Assembly (NCBI GenBank): GCA_965206645.1
Contig: CBDBKE010000004.1
Coordinates: forward strand, 1,728,001 to 1,792,000
DNA from: Terriglobia bacterium
GTDB taxonomy: Bacteria > Acidobacteriota > Terriglobia > JAJPHL01 > JAPKYU01
Reading direction: 5' to 3'
Length of the DNA stretch: 64,000 nt
In this document: positions 47,447 through 57,430 of the stretch, in pieces
Layout: every line of letters begins with the position of its first letter
How positions within the stretch are numbered: position 1 is the first letter of the stretch
The notes under the pieces: model-generated
What the model saw: the letters and a program-made list of their open reading frames with translations, nothing else
Told to the model about the DNA's origin: nothing
Databases searched by the model: none
Translations under genes and position numbers: made by a program

Positions 47447-50400
47447 TCAAAAGGAAATGCGCAGTCCCAATTGAATCTGCCGCGGATCGGTAACAGTCGG
47501 ACGTTCGCCACCTATGAAGCCAAACGAGGGAGAAAAAGCCACCAGACTGATGGGAGTGCCCAGGTTTACGCGGTTAAACAGATTGAAGAACTCAACCCGG
47601 AACTGGACTCTGCCGCTCTCACCCAGCCTAGACCACCGCACGTTCTTCACCAGCGCCAGGTCGAAGGTACGCAGGTTGGGACCGATCAGGGCGCCGCGGC
47701 CCAGGTTGCCCAATGTCCCGGCTGGCTGGAGAACAAAGGCGGTGGGGTCGAAATAGCCGTCCGGGTGGCCGAGGACCGCATCTTGATGGGTACGCCCTGG
47801 CGCCATGCTCGGACGGTCAAACCCCAGCCCCGGTGCCAGCGAAGGTGACCAGAGCGATCGGGAGGGGTTCCCTTGGACAAATACAGTCAGAGGGTTCCCG
47901 CTGCGCATATGGCCGATTCCTGCCAGCTCCCATCCCTCCAGGATCCTGCCCACACCACCTAGCTTCGGACCGGGGAGATTCCAGGTGAAATTCAACACCC
48001 AATTGTGCTTGACATGGAAATCGGCCAGGCCCTTGTTGTAATTCAACCCCGGAAACTCAGGAAAAGCCGAAGTCGTTCCATTCGTGGCGTCAGAGAAGAA
48101 CGTGGATGCTTGGGTGGTGTCAATGTTGCGCGAGAAAGTATAGGAGGATTGGAAACTCAAAGTTTTGCTCCACCGGCGCCTCACTTCTACAAGCAGCGCG
48201 TTATACCAGGAATTGCCATCGCTCCGCTTCAACTCGATTGTGGAGAAGGCTGAATTCGGACGTTCGCCGTCTTCGGGGAAAAATAGGGTTCCGTCGGCAA
48301 GCCTTTCGGGAGTGGCGATATTTACATCGCCGCTCCGCAACAGATGAATTCCGCGGGAACCAGCATACCCCACCGTTAGCACAGTATTCGCGCCGAGCTG
48401 CCGCTGCAGGCTTAGGTTCCACACATGCACGTTGGGATTCTTCAGCTTCCATTCGATTGGGCGGATGGAGTCCGACCCTGTCCGGTCGAAGGAAGGCACA
48501 GGAAATGTGGGCCTAAGAGGTGCGGGGATAACGACTCGGCGGGTCGCAGGCGGGTTTGTGACTGTGATGATGAGGTTCTGCTGGTTGTTTGTGTTGAAGA
48601 AAATTCCATAGCCGCTTCGCAGTGACGTTTTGCCGTCCCCAAAAACGTCCCATGCGAGTCCGACCCGGGGCGATAGGTTCCTCAACGTAGGGTTCTGGTA
48701 GAGCTGTCCAGCTGTGGGAGAGGTGTCACTTAACTGGAGTAACGTGGAGTCGCGCCCCTGGATATCGCGGGGGAGCGTGGCGAACTCATATCGAAGGCCA
48801 AGATTGAGCGTCAGCCGCCGAGCAACTCTTACGTCATCTTGCGCATAAAAACCGAATAGCGTGAAACGCCAATATCGGTCCAAGGCGCCGCCCGGAGCCA
48901 ACCCCAAGAAGAGCGCCGGCTGATTATTCAGGAAAGCCGGGAGATTAGCAAATCTGAAAATGCCCAGGGAAAAGGTGGGATTGAACATGTTGTCCTGATA
49001 GCGTTCGGCTAGCGCACCCAGCTTCAATAGATGGCGGCCGTGGCTGTGGACCAGACCGTATTCAAAGCCAAACACATTTTGGACCAGCGACACATTTACC
49101 GAAGTTTGCGGTCCAAACCTCGACACGCCCACGATCCTGATCTCTCCAACTTTATCCTGCCCGGGCACAAAGGGCTGTACCGACGCCGGGACATTTGCCT
49201 CGACATCCTGCCCAATGCAAGTTCGGCTAAAGCTCACCCGAAAGGTATTCAATGTTGTCGGCGAAAGAATCTTCTGGTACTCCGCAGTCACGAATTGATT
49301 GCGCGATAGAAAGGCCTTGGGAAATTGGGGAAGGTCTGTAGGAAGCTGCTGGTCGGCGTCGTCGTAGGTGTACCGGGCAAAGAACCGATCGGTTGTCCCT
49401 ATGTTGCGATCGACTCGCACCTGCAAGAAATCCTGATCAATTTGTTCGTTGAAACCGAATCGATGAACCGCAAGACCACCAGACAGGTTCTCTCCGTTGG
49501 GCAACGGAAACTCGTCCAGGTAGGGCCTGACAGCGTCATTAATGCCGATGTTCTCGCCATTGATGATCCCTCGGTGCGCTTCCTCGTCAGGGACGATTGC
49601 GGTGATGGTGCGGCCCTTGCGTTCCCTCAGGCCCTCGTAGCCGAAGAAGAAAAACGTCCCGTCTTTGCTTAGCGGACCGCCCAGGCTCACCCCGAACTGA
49701 TTCCGTTTAAGCTCAGGTTTTGAAATGTCGCGGAAACCCCTCGCGTCCAGGTTATCGTTGCGGTGAAAGTGGTACAGGCTCCCGTGAAAATCATTGGTCC
49801 CCGATTTGGTGAGTACGTTGATTTGGCCCCCAGAATTTCGACCGAACTCAGCGCTGTACGCGTTGGCTTCAATACGAAATTCCCGAATGGTTTCTACCCC
49901 AAGAGCGGTGCCTGCTGCGCTGCCAGCCGGCCCGTTGGTAAAATCATTTTGTGGCGTACCGTCCAGCAGGTAGACATTGGACCTCGGATCCCGCCCATTG
50001 ATGCTGGCAGCCAAACCGTGAGCAACAATCGAGCCTCCCGCCCGATGAGGAAAAGCAACCACACCTGGCTGAAGTAAGGCCAGATCGGTATAATTTCTGC
50101 CATTTAACGGCAGTTCTCGGATGGCGTTTTCGCTGACCAGGTAGCTCAGCTCGGCAGATCGGCTATTCACCAATGAGGTTTCGGCAACCACGGTGATCTC
50201 CTGATCGAGTCTCCCTATCTGCATGATCAGGTTTACCCCGGCGGTCTCCCCCACCGTCAGATGCACTCCTTTGTGAACTAACCGCCGAAACCCGGCTAGC
50301 TCCCCACGTATTTCATATGCCCCGACTGGCATTGCCGCAAACACAAAGCTTCCGTCCGCTTGACTGACCGTCGAGCGGGTGAGGCCTGTGTCCACATGCC

Positions 50401-50620
50401 GCGCTGTCAACCGCACCGCCGGCAGGACACCGCCCGTCTTGTCCCGGACCGAACCTACGATTGTGCCAGTGGTTTGTGCTCCCAGAAGTCGAACCGAGAC
50501 CAGGACTAGGCAGGCGACCAAGACCACTTTCGATCGGGCGCTCTGCCCCCAACGCAAGACTCGGGAGGAGGTAAATCGTGTGGCCCTCTCTGGACCCATT
50601 AGGAGTTCTCCGCTGGTCAT
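47447..50620 (-). CDS. TonB-dependent receptor 2 (Oar-type)
   Basis: LPLNGRNY, ETIREF, KSGTN, RNQFGVSLGGP, C-terminal PRQIQLGLRISF. Confidence 0.93.
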   Translation of the reverse strand: MTSGELLMGPERATRFTSSRVLRWGQSARSKVVLVACLVLVSVRLLGAQTTGTIVGSVRDKTGGVLPAVRLTARHVDTGLTRSTVSQADGSFVFAAMPVGAYEIRGELAGFRRLVHKGVHLTVGETAGVNLIMQIGRLDQEITVVAETSLVNSRSAELSYLVSENAIRELPLNGRNYTDLALLQPGVVAFPHRAGGSIVAHGLAASINGRDPRSNVYLLDGTPQNDFTNGPAGSAAGTALGVETIREFRIEANAYSAEFGRNSGGQINVLTKSGTNDFHGSLYHFHRNDNLDARGFRDISKPELKRNQFGVSLGGPLSKDGTFFFFGYEGLRERKGRTITAIVPDEEAHRGIINGENIGINDAVRPYLDEFPLPNGENLSGGLAVHRFGFNEQIDQDFLQVRVDRNIGTTDRFFARYTYDDADQQLPTDLPQFPKAFLSRNQFVTAEYQKILSPTTLNTFRVSFSRTCIGQDVEANVPASVQPFVPGQDKVGEIRIVGVSRFGPQTSVNVSLVQNVFGFEYGLVHSHGRHLLKLGALAERYQDNMFNPTFSLGIFRFANLPAFLNNQPALFLGLAPGGALDRYWRFTLFGFYAQDDVRVARRLTLNLGLRYEFATLPRDIQGRDSTLLQLSDTSPTAGQLYQNPTLRNLSPRVGLAWDVFGDGKTSLRSGYGIFFNTNNQQNLIITVTNPPATRRVVIPAPLRPTFPVPSFDRTGSDSIRPIEWKLKNPNVHVWNLSLQRQLGANTVLTVGYAGSRGIHLLRSGDVNIATPERLADGTLFFPEDGERPNSAFSTIELKRSDGNSWYNALLVEVRRRWSKTLSFQSSYTFSRNIDTTQASTFFSDATNGTTSAFPEFPGLNYNKGLADFHVKHNWVLNFTWNLPGPKLGGVGRILEGWELAGIGHMRSGNPLTVFVQGNPSRSLWSPSLAPGLGFDRPSMAPGRTHQDAVLGHPDGYFDPTAFVLQPAGTLGNLGRGALIGPNLRTFDLALVKNVRWSRLGESGRVQFRVEFFNLFNRVNLGTPISLVAFSPSFGFIGGERPTVTDPRQIQLGLRISF

Positions 50621-50744
50621 GCAAGAAATCTTACCAATCGATCATGGACGCTGCAACGGAACATTCCGTAGCCAGTTAGACTCAGACAGCAGCCGAAGCT
50701 TGCTGTCGCGTCCCGAACTTGGGGTACAGTAGAATTCGCCAGTA

Positions 50745-52103
50745 ATGTCGCCAGACCAACGAGCGAGAGAAACTCCGGTCCAGAGCCCTTCCCCGTTGAC
50801 CGCAACCCAATGGATGATTTGCGGAGTCGCGTGCCTGGGCTTTGCCTTCGACATTTACGAACTGTTGATGCTCCCACTCATTGTCCGGCCGGCCCTGATG
50901 GCACTGGTCCAGGCAAAGCCGGGAACGCCCGAATTCAACTATTGGGTTGGATTGCTGTTTTATGTCCCGGCTGTGGCCGGGGGCATCTTCGGCCTGCTGG
51001 GCGGGTATTTGACAGACCGCTTCGGCCGCCGGCGGATCCTGGTTTGGAGCATCTTGCTCTATGCTTTTTCCGCTTTCGCGTCAGGTTACGCCACATCGCT
51101 TCCTGCACTGCTGTTCTTTCGGTGTACAACTTTTATCGGCGTCTGTGTTGAGTTTGTCGCCGCTGTCGCCTGGCTGGCCGAACTGTTTCCCAACCCAAGA
51201 CAACGCGAATCCGTGCTGGGCTATACCCAGGCCTTCTCCTCATTGGGCGGCCTCATGGTCACCGGCGCTTATTACCTGGCCGTAACGTACGCAAACGATC
51301 TGCCATCGATCCGGGGAGGTCACGAGGCCTGGCGCTATACCCTGATGTCAGGAGTGATTCCTGCCATTCCGCTCATCATCATCCGGCCCTTTCTGCCGGA
51401 ATCACCGCTCTGGGAACAAAAGAAATCCAGAGGGGAGCTAAAGCGTCCCAGCTTGGGTGAACTTTTCCAACCCGCGTTTCGAAAAACCACCCTCGTGACC
51501 GCACTGATGGTCGCCTGCAGTTATGGAGCGGCCTTCGGCGCGATTCAGCACGTGCCGCGGATGGTTCCAGGCCTGCCGCAAGTCCAGGACCAACCACGCC
51601 TACAACAACAGCAAACCGTCAGCGCCGTCCAGTTGTATCAGGAAATGGGCGGGCTTACCGGCCGCATTTTTCTGGCTTTTCTGGCCATCCGGATCCTCTC
51701 CCGCCGCAGGCTGCTGCGGATATTCCAGGTTCCCGGCCTCCTGGTGATTCCGCTGGTGTTCTTGTTTCCGGCCACGAGCAGTCTGGAGTTGCTGAAGTGG
51801 GGCATTTTTCTGACAGGACTGTTCACGGTGGCGCAGTTCAGCTTTTGGGGAAACTACTTGCCGCGGGTCTATCCGACACATTTGCGGGGCACCGGCGAAA
51901 GTTTTTCTGCCAACGTCGGCGGACGGATGTTTGGCACATCAGCCGCTCTGCTCACGACCCAATTGGCCAATGTGATGCCGGGGCTTACGCCTTACACCCG
52001 ACTGGCCCACGCCGCTGCGGCCGTTGTCTTCCTGGTGTATCTGGTTGGATTTATCGCCAGCTTCTGGCTCCCGGAGCCACAACAGGAACAGCTGCCCGAA
52101 TGA
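50745..52103 (+). CDS. MFS transporter
   Basis: FDIYE in TM1, GYLTDRFGRRR motif A, YPTHLRGTG, ~12 TM. Confidence 0.92.
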   Translation: MSPDQRARETPVQSPSPLTATQWMICGVACLGFAFDIYELLMLPLIVRPALMALVQAKPGTPEFNYWVGLLFYVPAVAGGIFGLLGGYLTDRFGRRRILVWSILLYAFSAFASGYATSLPALLFFRCTTFIGVCVEFVAAVAWLAELFPNPRQRESVLGYTQAFSSLGGLMVTGAYYLAVTYANDLPSIRGGHEAWRYTLMSGVIPAIPLIIIRPFLPESPLWEQKKSRGELKRPSLGELFQPAFRKTTLVTALMVACSYGAAFGAIQHVPRMVPGLPQVQDQPRLQQQQTVSAVQLYQEMGGLTGRIFLAFLAIRILSRRRLLRIFQVPGLLVIPLVFLFPATSSLELLKWGIFLTGLFTVAQFSFWGNYLPRVYPTHLRGTGESFSANVGGRMFGTSAALLTTQLANVMPGLTPYTRLAHAAAAVVFLVYLVGFIASFWLPEPQQEQLPE

Positions 52104-52127
52104 GGCTTGCCTTGGGTCCATGCGCCT

Positions 52128-53264
52128 TCAGCCAAAACAGTAAAGCACGCCGTCCTGGGAGCCAATCACCAGCCGACCCGAGCTGATGGCCGGCGAGGCC
52201 GATAGTGGCGCCCCGGCGTTGAACTCCCACAGTTTCGCGCCCGTTTTTAGGTCCAGCACATACAAGCGTCCGTCGTTCGAACCCACATACACTCGCCCTC
52301 CGGCGATGGCCGGCGAAGACTCGACCCGCCCTCGAGTGGCGAACGTCCAGATCGCTTTCCCCGTCTTTGCGTTGAGGCAATGCACCATTTTGTCGCGGCC
52401 GCCAACGACTACCCTGTCCCCCGCCACTGCGGCCGAGGAGTAAAACGGGAACTGTCGCTGCTGATGCTGATACCGCCAGGCGATGCGCCGCTGGCCGAGG
52501 TTGACGGCCAGCACTTCGTTCCCAAAGGTGCCGAAAAATGCGGTCTGCGCCATCAGAGCGGGCGAGGCCCCCGTGTATCCGCCTGAGGAGACTTGGAACA
52601 TTTCTTTGCCGTCTGAGATGCGCACCCCGCGAAACACCTCATCGCATCCGGAGATGAAGGTCAGGCCGCCCGACGCTGCCGGGGTGCAATGCACCGGCCC
52701 GTTCGTTCTTAACTTCCAGATCAGCTTACCGGTGCGGGCGGAAACACAGTACAAATGCTCGTCATAGGAGCCTACCAGGACCTTCCCGTCAATGATTACT
52801 GGCGACGATTTGATCTCACCATTCGTCTCAAACGTCCATACCCGGCTGCCATCCTTCGCACTGACTGCGTGGAGAGTTCCAGAAAGGTCCCCTACAGTAA
52901 CCAAGCCATTGCGCACACAAGCAGAGGATTCGCCGATGGGCCCGCCCGCGTCATACGCCCACCGTACCTTGCCATTCCGCAGATCCAGAGCAATCAGTTC
53001 TCCGGAGTGGGCGCCTACAAAAACCACTCCGTCCGCGATCGCTGCTGAAGACTCGATGGAACTGCCGGCTTCATAGCTCCACAGAAGATTCAAGGTCTCG
53101 GGGAGCGCGGAGCCAGGGACCCCGGTCAATTCATGATTTCCGCGAAATTGGGGCCAATTCTTGTTCCCAGCACGGTTTCCAGCAGGAGCTGAATCCAGCT
53201 CCTTCCGGTTCGCCTGCGCCAGGATGAACGCGAGAACCAACAGGGAAATCAGAAACTTCCGCAC
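52128..53264 (-). CDS. PQQ-like beta-propeller protein C (regular blades)
   Basis: Signal peptide, WPQFRG, repeats of SSP...VGSxDxxLY...GxxxW. Confidence 0.9.
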   Translation of the reverse strand: MRKFLISLLVLAFILAQANRKELDSAPAGNRAGNKNWPQFRGNHELTGVPGSALPETLNLLWSYEAGSSIESSAAIADGVVFVGAHSGELIALDLRNGKVRWAYDAGGPIGESSACVRNGLVTVGDLSGTLHAVSAKDGSRVWTFETNGEIKSSPVIIDGKVLVGSYDEHLYCVSARTGKLIWKLRTNGPVHCTPAASGGLTFISGCDEVFRGVRISDGKEMFQVSSGGYTGASPALMAQTAFFGTFGNEVLAVNLGQRRIAWRYQHQQRQFPFYSSAAVAGDRVVVGGRDKMVHCLNAKTGKAIWTFATRGRVESSPAIAGGRVYVGSNDGRLYVLDLKTGAKLWEFNAGAPLSASPAISSGRLVIGSQDGVLYCFG

Positions 53265-53368
53265 TTATAGATCTCCGCGCCTATGGGAAATAGCCTTCCA
53301 CGAAATTGAAGACACACTGTCCGCGCGCGTACTCAAAGAAAAAGACGGAAGCGGCCTCCAGTAAAGGT

Positions 53369-54892
53369 TCACCGGGACAGGAAATTTCTCAGGAACCACT
53401 CTGTCAAGAGTGCGCTGACACGAGGCGAGTTGGTTTCCGCAAGGGCGAAGAGTTGACTTCGGCTGGCGATAAACAGCGCGCCGTTGGCGGGAACAGCGGT
53501 AGAGTACACCGAACTGCCCAGATTTATCTCGGCCAGCACCTTGAGCTCCTTCCCCGGTCGCAAAACGACTACGTCGCCGTCTTCATCCCCCAGATACAGC
53601 TTTCCATCGGCGACCAGCGGTGATCCCCAGACCGCCGCCAGAGTGTCATGAACCCAATAGGGCTCGCCCGTTCGGGCATCTAGACAGTGAAGGAACCCGC
53701 TGAAGTCCGGAAAATAGATCAGGCCATCACGGATTGCCGCGGTCGAGATGGATCTGCGGATTTTCTCGTAGTGCCAGACCCGGCCGGTCTCGGTAATGTC
53801 GCCGCGCTTGGTGGCGTCAATGCAGTACAGGTGTCCTACCCCCTCGCCATGTTCGGGGTCCTGGCCATTGGCGAGATAGACACGATTGTCGTAGATGACC
53901 GGCGTGCTGATAATTGAATTTCGGGTCTTGGGCCACACGGAATCCTTAGGGTTGGTGTCAAATTCCCACAGTTTCTTTCCCGTCAGCACCTCGTAGCCAC
54001 GGACCCAACCGTCCCCCTGGCCCATCACCACTTGATCTACCCCTCCAACGTTGCCCACGGCCGGCGTGGACCACTGGCCGTGCAAGATGCGGTCGCCCAC
54101 TGAATTGTCTTCCCAAACAAGCTTGCCGGTGCGTTTGTTCAACGAAATGATGCTCGGGGCTCGCGGCGAGGGAATATTTACATGGCTCGCGTCCTGTCCG
54201 TTGGACGTGCTCAGATAGATGAGATCACCAAACGGGACGGGAGAAGAGTTGGCCAGGTTGTGGGGGAACGAGCCGACTTCCTCCATCATGTCGAATTTCC
54301 AAATAATGTCGCCATCCTTTTCGCCGGTGAACTCTTCGTCTTGCAACGGACCGTCATTCTCGCCATCGCGAAAGCCTTCGGTGTCGAGACAAACCACCTC
54401 AGCGCGGTTGGAGACGTAGTAGAGACGATCTCCTTCCACTAGAGGAGAGGACGCCACACCCTGATAAGGCCAGTCGTTAACGCGGCCCGACTCCAATTTT
54501 TTTGAGGTTGCCTGCCAAAGAAATTCTCCATCGGAGGCGCGGAACGCCATGACCACCCCACGGTCACCCCCTTGTTTGGGATCGCGCAACCCCTCGTTGT
54601 TGGTCCCCACAAACACCTTGCCGCCGGCTACCACCGGGTTTCCATAGGTTTGCGAACCCAACGCAGCCACCCACTTAACGTTCTTTTTGGCATCCACATC
54701 CCAACTCGTGGGAAGCCCCTCCACGTTGGCAACCATGTTTCGGTCCGGCGTTCCGCCCCACATGGGCCAGTCCCCGGTGCCCGGGTCCGAAGCTGAGACG
54801 ACCGAACCCTCCCTCATCCATTGACCCACCGAATAAGAAGCGAGAATGACGGCGAGAAAAATCAATCCTGTACGGCAACGTGGCTGTTTCAT
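53369..54892 (-). CDS. PQQ-like beta-propeller protein D
   Basis: Signal peptide, DWPMWGG, GxxxW blades, acidic loop DTEGFRDGENDGP. Confidence 0.88.
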   Translation of the reverse strand: MKQPRCRTGLIFLAVILASYSVGQWMREGSVVSASDPGTGDWPMWGGTPDRNMVANVEGLPTSWDVDAKKNVKWVAALGSQTYGNPVVAGGKVFVGTNNEGLRDPKQGGDRGVVMAFRASDGEFLWQATSKKLESGRVNDWPYQGVASSPLVEGDRLYYVSNRAEVVCLDTEGFRDGENDGPLQDEEFTGEKDGDIIWKFDMMEEVGSFPHNLANSSPVPFGDLIYLSTSNGQDASHVNIPSPRAPSIISLNKRTGKLVWEDNSVGDRILHGQWSTPAVGNVGGVDQVVMGQGDGWVRGYEVLTGKKLWEFDTNPKDSVWPKTRNSIISTPVIYDNRVYLANGQDPEHGEGVGHLYCIDATKRGDITETGRVWHYEKIRRSISTAAIRDGLIYFPDFSGFLHCLDARTGEPYWVHDTLAAVWGSPLVADGKLYLGDEDGDVVVLRPGKELKVLAEINLGSSVYSTAVPANGALFIASRSQLFALAETNSPRVSALLTEWFLRNFLSR

Positions 54893-54927
54893 AGCTGTTT
54901 CATAGCTGGTTCATCGCTGTCTCATCG
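54884..54927 (-). repeat. 11-bp tandem repeat x4, each copy containing ATGA
   Basis: Minus strand: cgatgagacag cgatgaaccag ctatgaaacag ctatgaaacag. Confidence 0.95.
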
Positions 54928-57105
54928 CAATAGGTTCGGCCTGACTTTGAGATTGTCAAAAAAGATCTCAAACGGCGCGTTGGCGTAAAGACCTGGACTC
55001 CCTTGCAGATTGGGAATGGGATCCACGCGCTCAACGGACCAGGCCTCTGGTTCGGCCTCCTGCGCCGGCCATGCTTTTCCCCGAGCCCGAACCTTGCCGT
55101 TTGGCAGGTTCTCGACTCGAAGCTTGAGACGGTACCAAGCGTCTCCGCTCCACGGAAACGCCACAGAAACCGTGCGGGCCGTTTCCGGCTGCCAGGATTG
55201 CAGCTCCAGTCGCTGGTGGTTGCCGAAGAGCACCAGGGAATAACGCTGCGCGACCACTCCGGCATCTCCCATCTGGCGACGTTTCTCCGTTGCCCTGACA
55301 TCTACCTGAATTGTGTAATTGGACCAAGCGGAGGACCCCATATACACCCGGGCGCGCCGGAGAAAGGGATTGTCAGATAACTTGACCAGAACCTTGTTGC
55401 CATCCACCTCGCGCACGACGAACTTGCCGGTGGCACTCATCCAGTGTCGAGGTGGGCGACCGACAGCCAAAGATTGGAAATTCTCATCCCAGGGCAAAGG
55501 TGGAATCACCCGGACCCGAGCGATTCCGGAAAGTCCTTCCACCGTGGCCTTCACCTCGCCTGCCTGCGCAACCGGATCAGAAGCGGTAAGGAAGCGTCCG
55601 TCGTTCTGGATCTTACCGCGAAGCTGTTCGAGCGACCAGGCGGCCTGCCCTTCCCGAATCAAGCGGCCGCGCCGGTCAAACAGGCGGGCCCGAAAGCGGA
55701 CGCTGTCTCCGGGATACAACGCAACTTCGGTCGGCACCACCTGTACGTGGGCAACCGGCTCGCGGCCGGCAGTCGCCTCGGGCATCCTGGAACGCAGTGA
55801 AGCCTGTTTGGACTTCTTCCCTATGCAATACAGCGCCTCGCTGGAGACCAGGTACACCCGACCACGAGAAATGGCAGCGGAGGCGATGATTGGTTGGGGA
55901 GCCGCTTCGGTTCCCAGCAGGTCGGCATCGAGAATCTCGCACCTGTCCGGGCCGGGCCGCAGAATATAGAACTTTCCGTTTTGCGTGCCGACATACAGCT
56001 TGCCATCGGCCAAGACTGGGGAGGCTCTCTGGATTGTCCCAAGATTCAGAGTCCAGAGCTTCTTGCCCGAGACGATCTCGAAAGCGTACAGATTGGCGCT
56101 GTTGTCGATCTGGTAAACGCGACCGCCGTCAACGACAGGAGACGAAAACCCGGCGAGAAAACCGTGGACTCCCCACTTCACATGCTGCTTTCCCAGATTC
56201 CCCGCTGCGGCCGCGTCAATGGCGGCAATCAGACCCATCTCGCTGGAGGCCAGGTTCTCCTCACTGTGACTGACAATCGCCGTCGCACCCTTGAGGACGA
56301 CGCCGGTGTTGATGCCCCGCTTGCTCAAGGCGAATTTCCACACCGGCTCGCCGGTCTGCGGCTTCAGAGCGTGGACAGCGCCGTCACCGCCGCCGGCGAT
56401 CAGCAAACGAGTCCCGTTAATCACGGCGGAAATGGGAGTCGAGTAGGTGGTGTCATAGGGCCGCCCGCCCGGAGCGCTCACCCAGACCGTTTCGCCGGTC
56501 TTCTTCGCAAACGCCATGAACCGGTGGCGTCCGTGCGCTTGTTTTCCCCAGCCCGAGGTGACGCCGCTGACGATCACCAAATCTCCCTCAATGACAGGAG
56601 AGACAGTGCGTCCGCCGTGGGTCGTGATTTGACCAAAGTTTTCCGACAAAAAGCGCTCCCAGAGAAGCTGGCCGTCTCGGGAGAGCGCCAGCAACGTCGC
56701 CCCCACGCCAAGGGCATAGACGTTGCCTGAAGCAGGATCGGCGACAGGCGAAGCCCATCCCACCCGGTGCGGCGGCACATCGCTTGAGAAAACATTGAAG
56801 CGATGTTCCCACAGCAGCTTTCCGGTGTCGGCATGGAAACACATGACGCGTTCCTGCTGGGTTTCGCCTTCGCCCACTGAGTTCTGCAGAAACAACCGGT
56901 CCCCCAGAACGATTGGTGCGGAGCGGCCGCCGTAGGGCGCTTTCCAAGCCAGGTTCTGGCCCGCGGGTGACCACTGCGTGGGAAGCGATGTTTCCAGGGA
57001 GACCCCATCGCGCCCTGGTCCGCGCCAGTCGGGCCAGTCGCGCCCCCAGGAGGCACTCGGAAGGAAAACTGGAAAAAGAAGCAACAGGAAAAGAATGACA
57101 ACCAT
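54922..57105 (-). CDS. PQQ-like beta-propeller protein E with C-terminal Ig-like and beta-sandwich domains
   Basis: DWPDWRGP, TGxxxW blades, then VQVVPTEVAL...GEVKATVEG (Ig-like) and NYTIQVDV...WYRLKLRV...FDNLKV (ConA/LamG-like). Confidence 0.85.
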   Translation of the reverse strand: MVVILFLLLLFPVFLPSASWGRDWPDWRGPGRDGVSLETSLPTQWSPAGQNLAWKAPYGGRSAPIVLGDRLFLQNSVGEGETQQERVMCFHADTGKLLWEHRFNVFSSDVPPHRVGWASPVADPASGNVYALGVGATLLALSRDGQLLWERFLSENFGQITTHGGRTVSPVIEGDLVIVSGVTSGWGKQAHGRHRFMAFAKKTGETVWVSAPGGRPYDTTYSTPISAVINGTRLLIAGGGDGAVHALKPQTGEPVWKFALSKRGINTGVVLKGATAIVSHSEENLASSEMGLIAAIDAAAAGNLGKQHVKWGVHGFLAGFSSPVVDGGRVYQIDNSANLYAFEIVSGKKLWTLNLGTIQRASPVLADGKLYVGTQNGKFYILRPGPDRCEILDADLLGTEAAPQPIIASAAISRGRVYLVSSEALYCIGKKSKQASLRSRMPEATAGREPVAHVQVVPTEVALYPGDSVRFRARLFDRRGRLIREGQAAWSLEQLRGKIQNDGRFLTASDPVAQAGEVKATVEGLSGIARVRVIPPLPWDENFQSLAVGRPPRHWMSATGKFVVREVDGNKVLVKLSDNPFLRRARVYMGSSAWSNYTIQVDVRATEKRRQMGDAGVVAQRYSLVLFGNHQRLELQSWQPETARTVSVAFPWSGDAWYRLKLRVENLPNGKVRARGKAWPAQEAEPEAWSVERVDPIPNLQGSPGLYANAPFEIFFDNLKVRPNLLR

Positions 57106-57179
57106 GGTGGACGGCTCGGTCTACAATGACTCCAACAAGGCCAAGATATAGCCTGCTCCCATAGCAGTCAAGCACACCG

Positions 57180-57389
57180 GTGGTCATCGAGAAGGTCTGG
57201 GCCGAGATTGAAGGCGGGCAACTCTTCCTCTTGCAACGCAAGTTGCAACGCAAGCTTCGGCTCTTGCAGCGCAAGCTTCCGACCGACCACGATTTCGATT
57301 ACTTTAGTAGGATACACCCGCGCAAGGAGCTTCCAGAGGGGTGGTCGAAAAGAGGACTCCCTTTCGGAGACGAACCGCTCTGGTACTAG
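57180..57389 (+). CDS. Small hypothetical protein or gene remnant with LQRK repeats
   Basis: 69-aa ORF just upstream of malQ containing LQRKLQRKLRLLQRKL. No clear RBS. Confidence 0.3.
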   Translation: MVIEKVWAEIEGGQLFLLQRKLQRKLRLLQRKLPTDHDFDYFSRIHPRKELPEGWSKRGLPFGDEPLWY

Positions 57390-57430
57390 GACCTGCAACT
57401 GTCAGGACCTGGACTGATGGAGGTGATCGG

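Noticed and set aside
35517-57105. Calling the propellers bamB or PQQ alcohol/glucose dehydrogenases
   Set aside because: No clear lipobox, no bam/der context, no vicinal Cys-Cys active-site motif recognised and no pqq genes; only the fold is supported.
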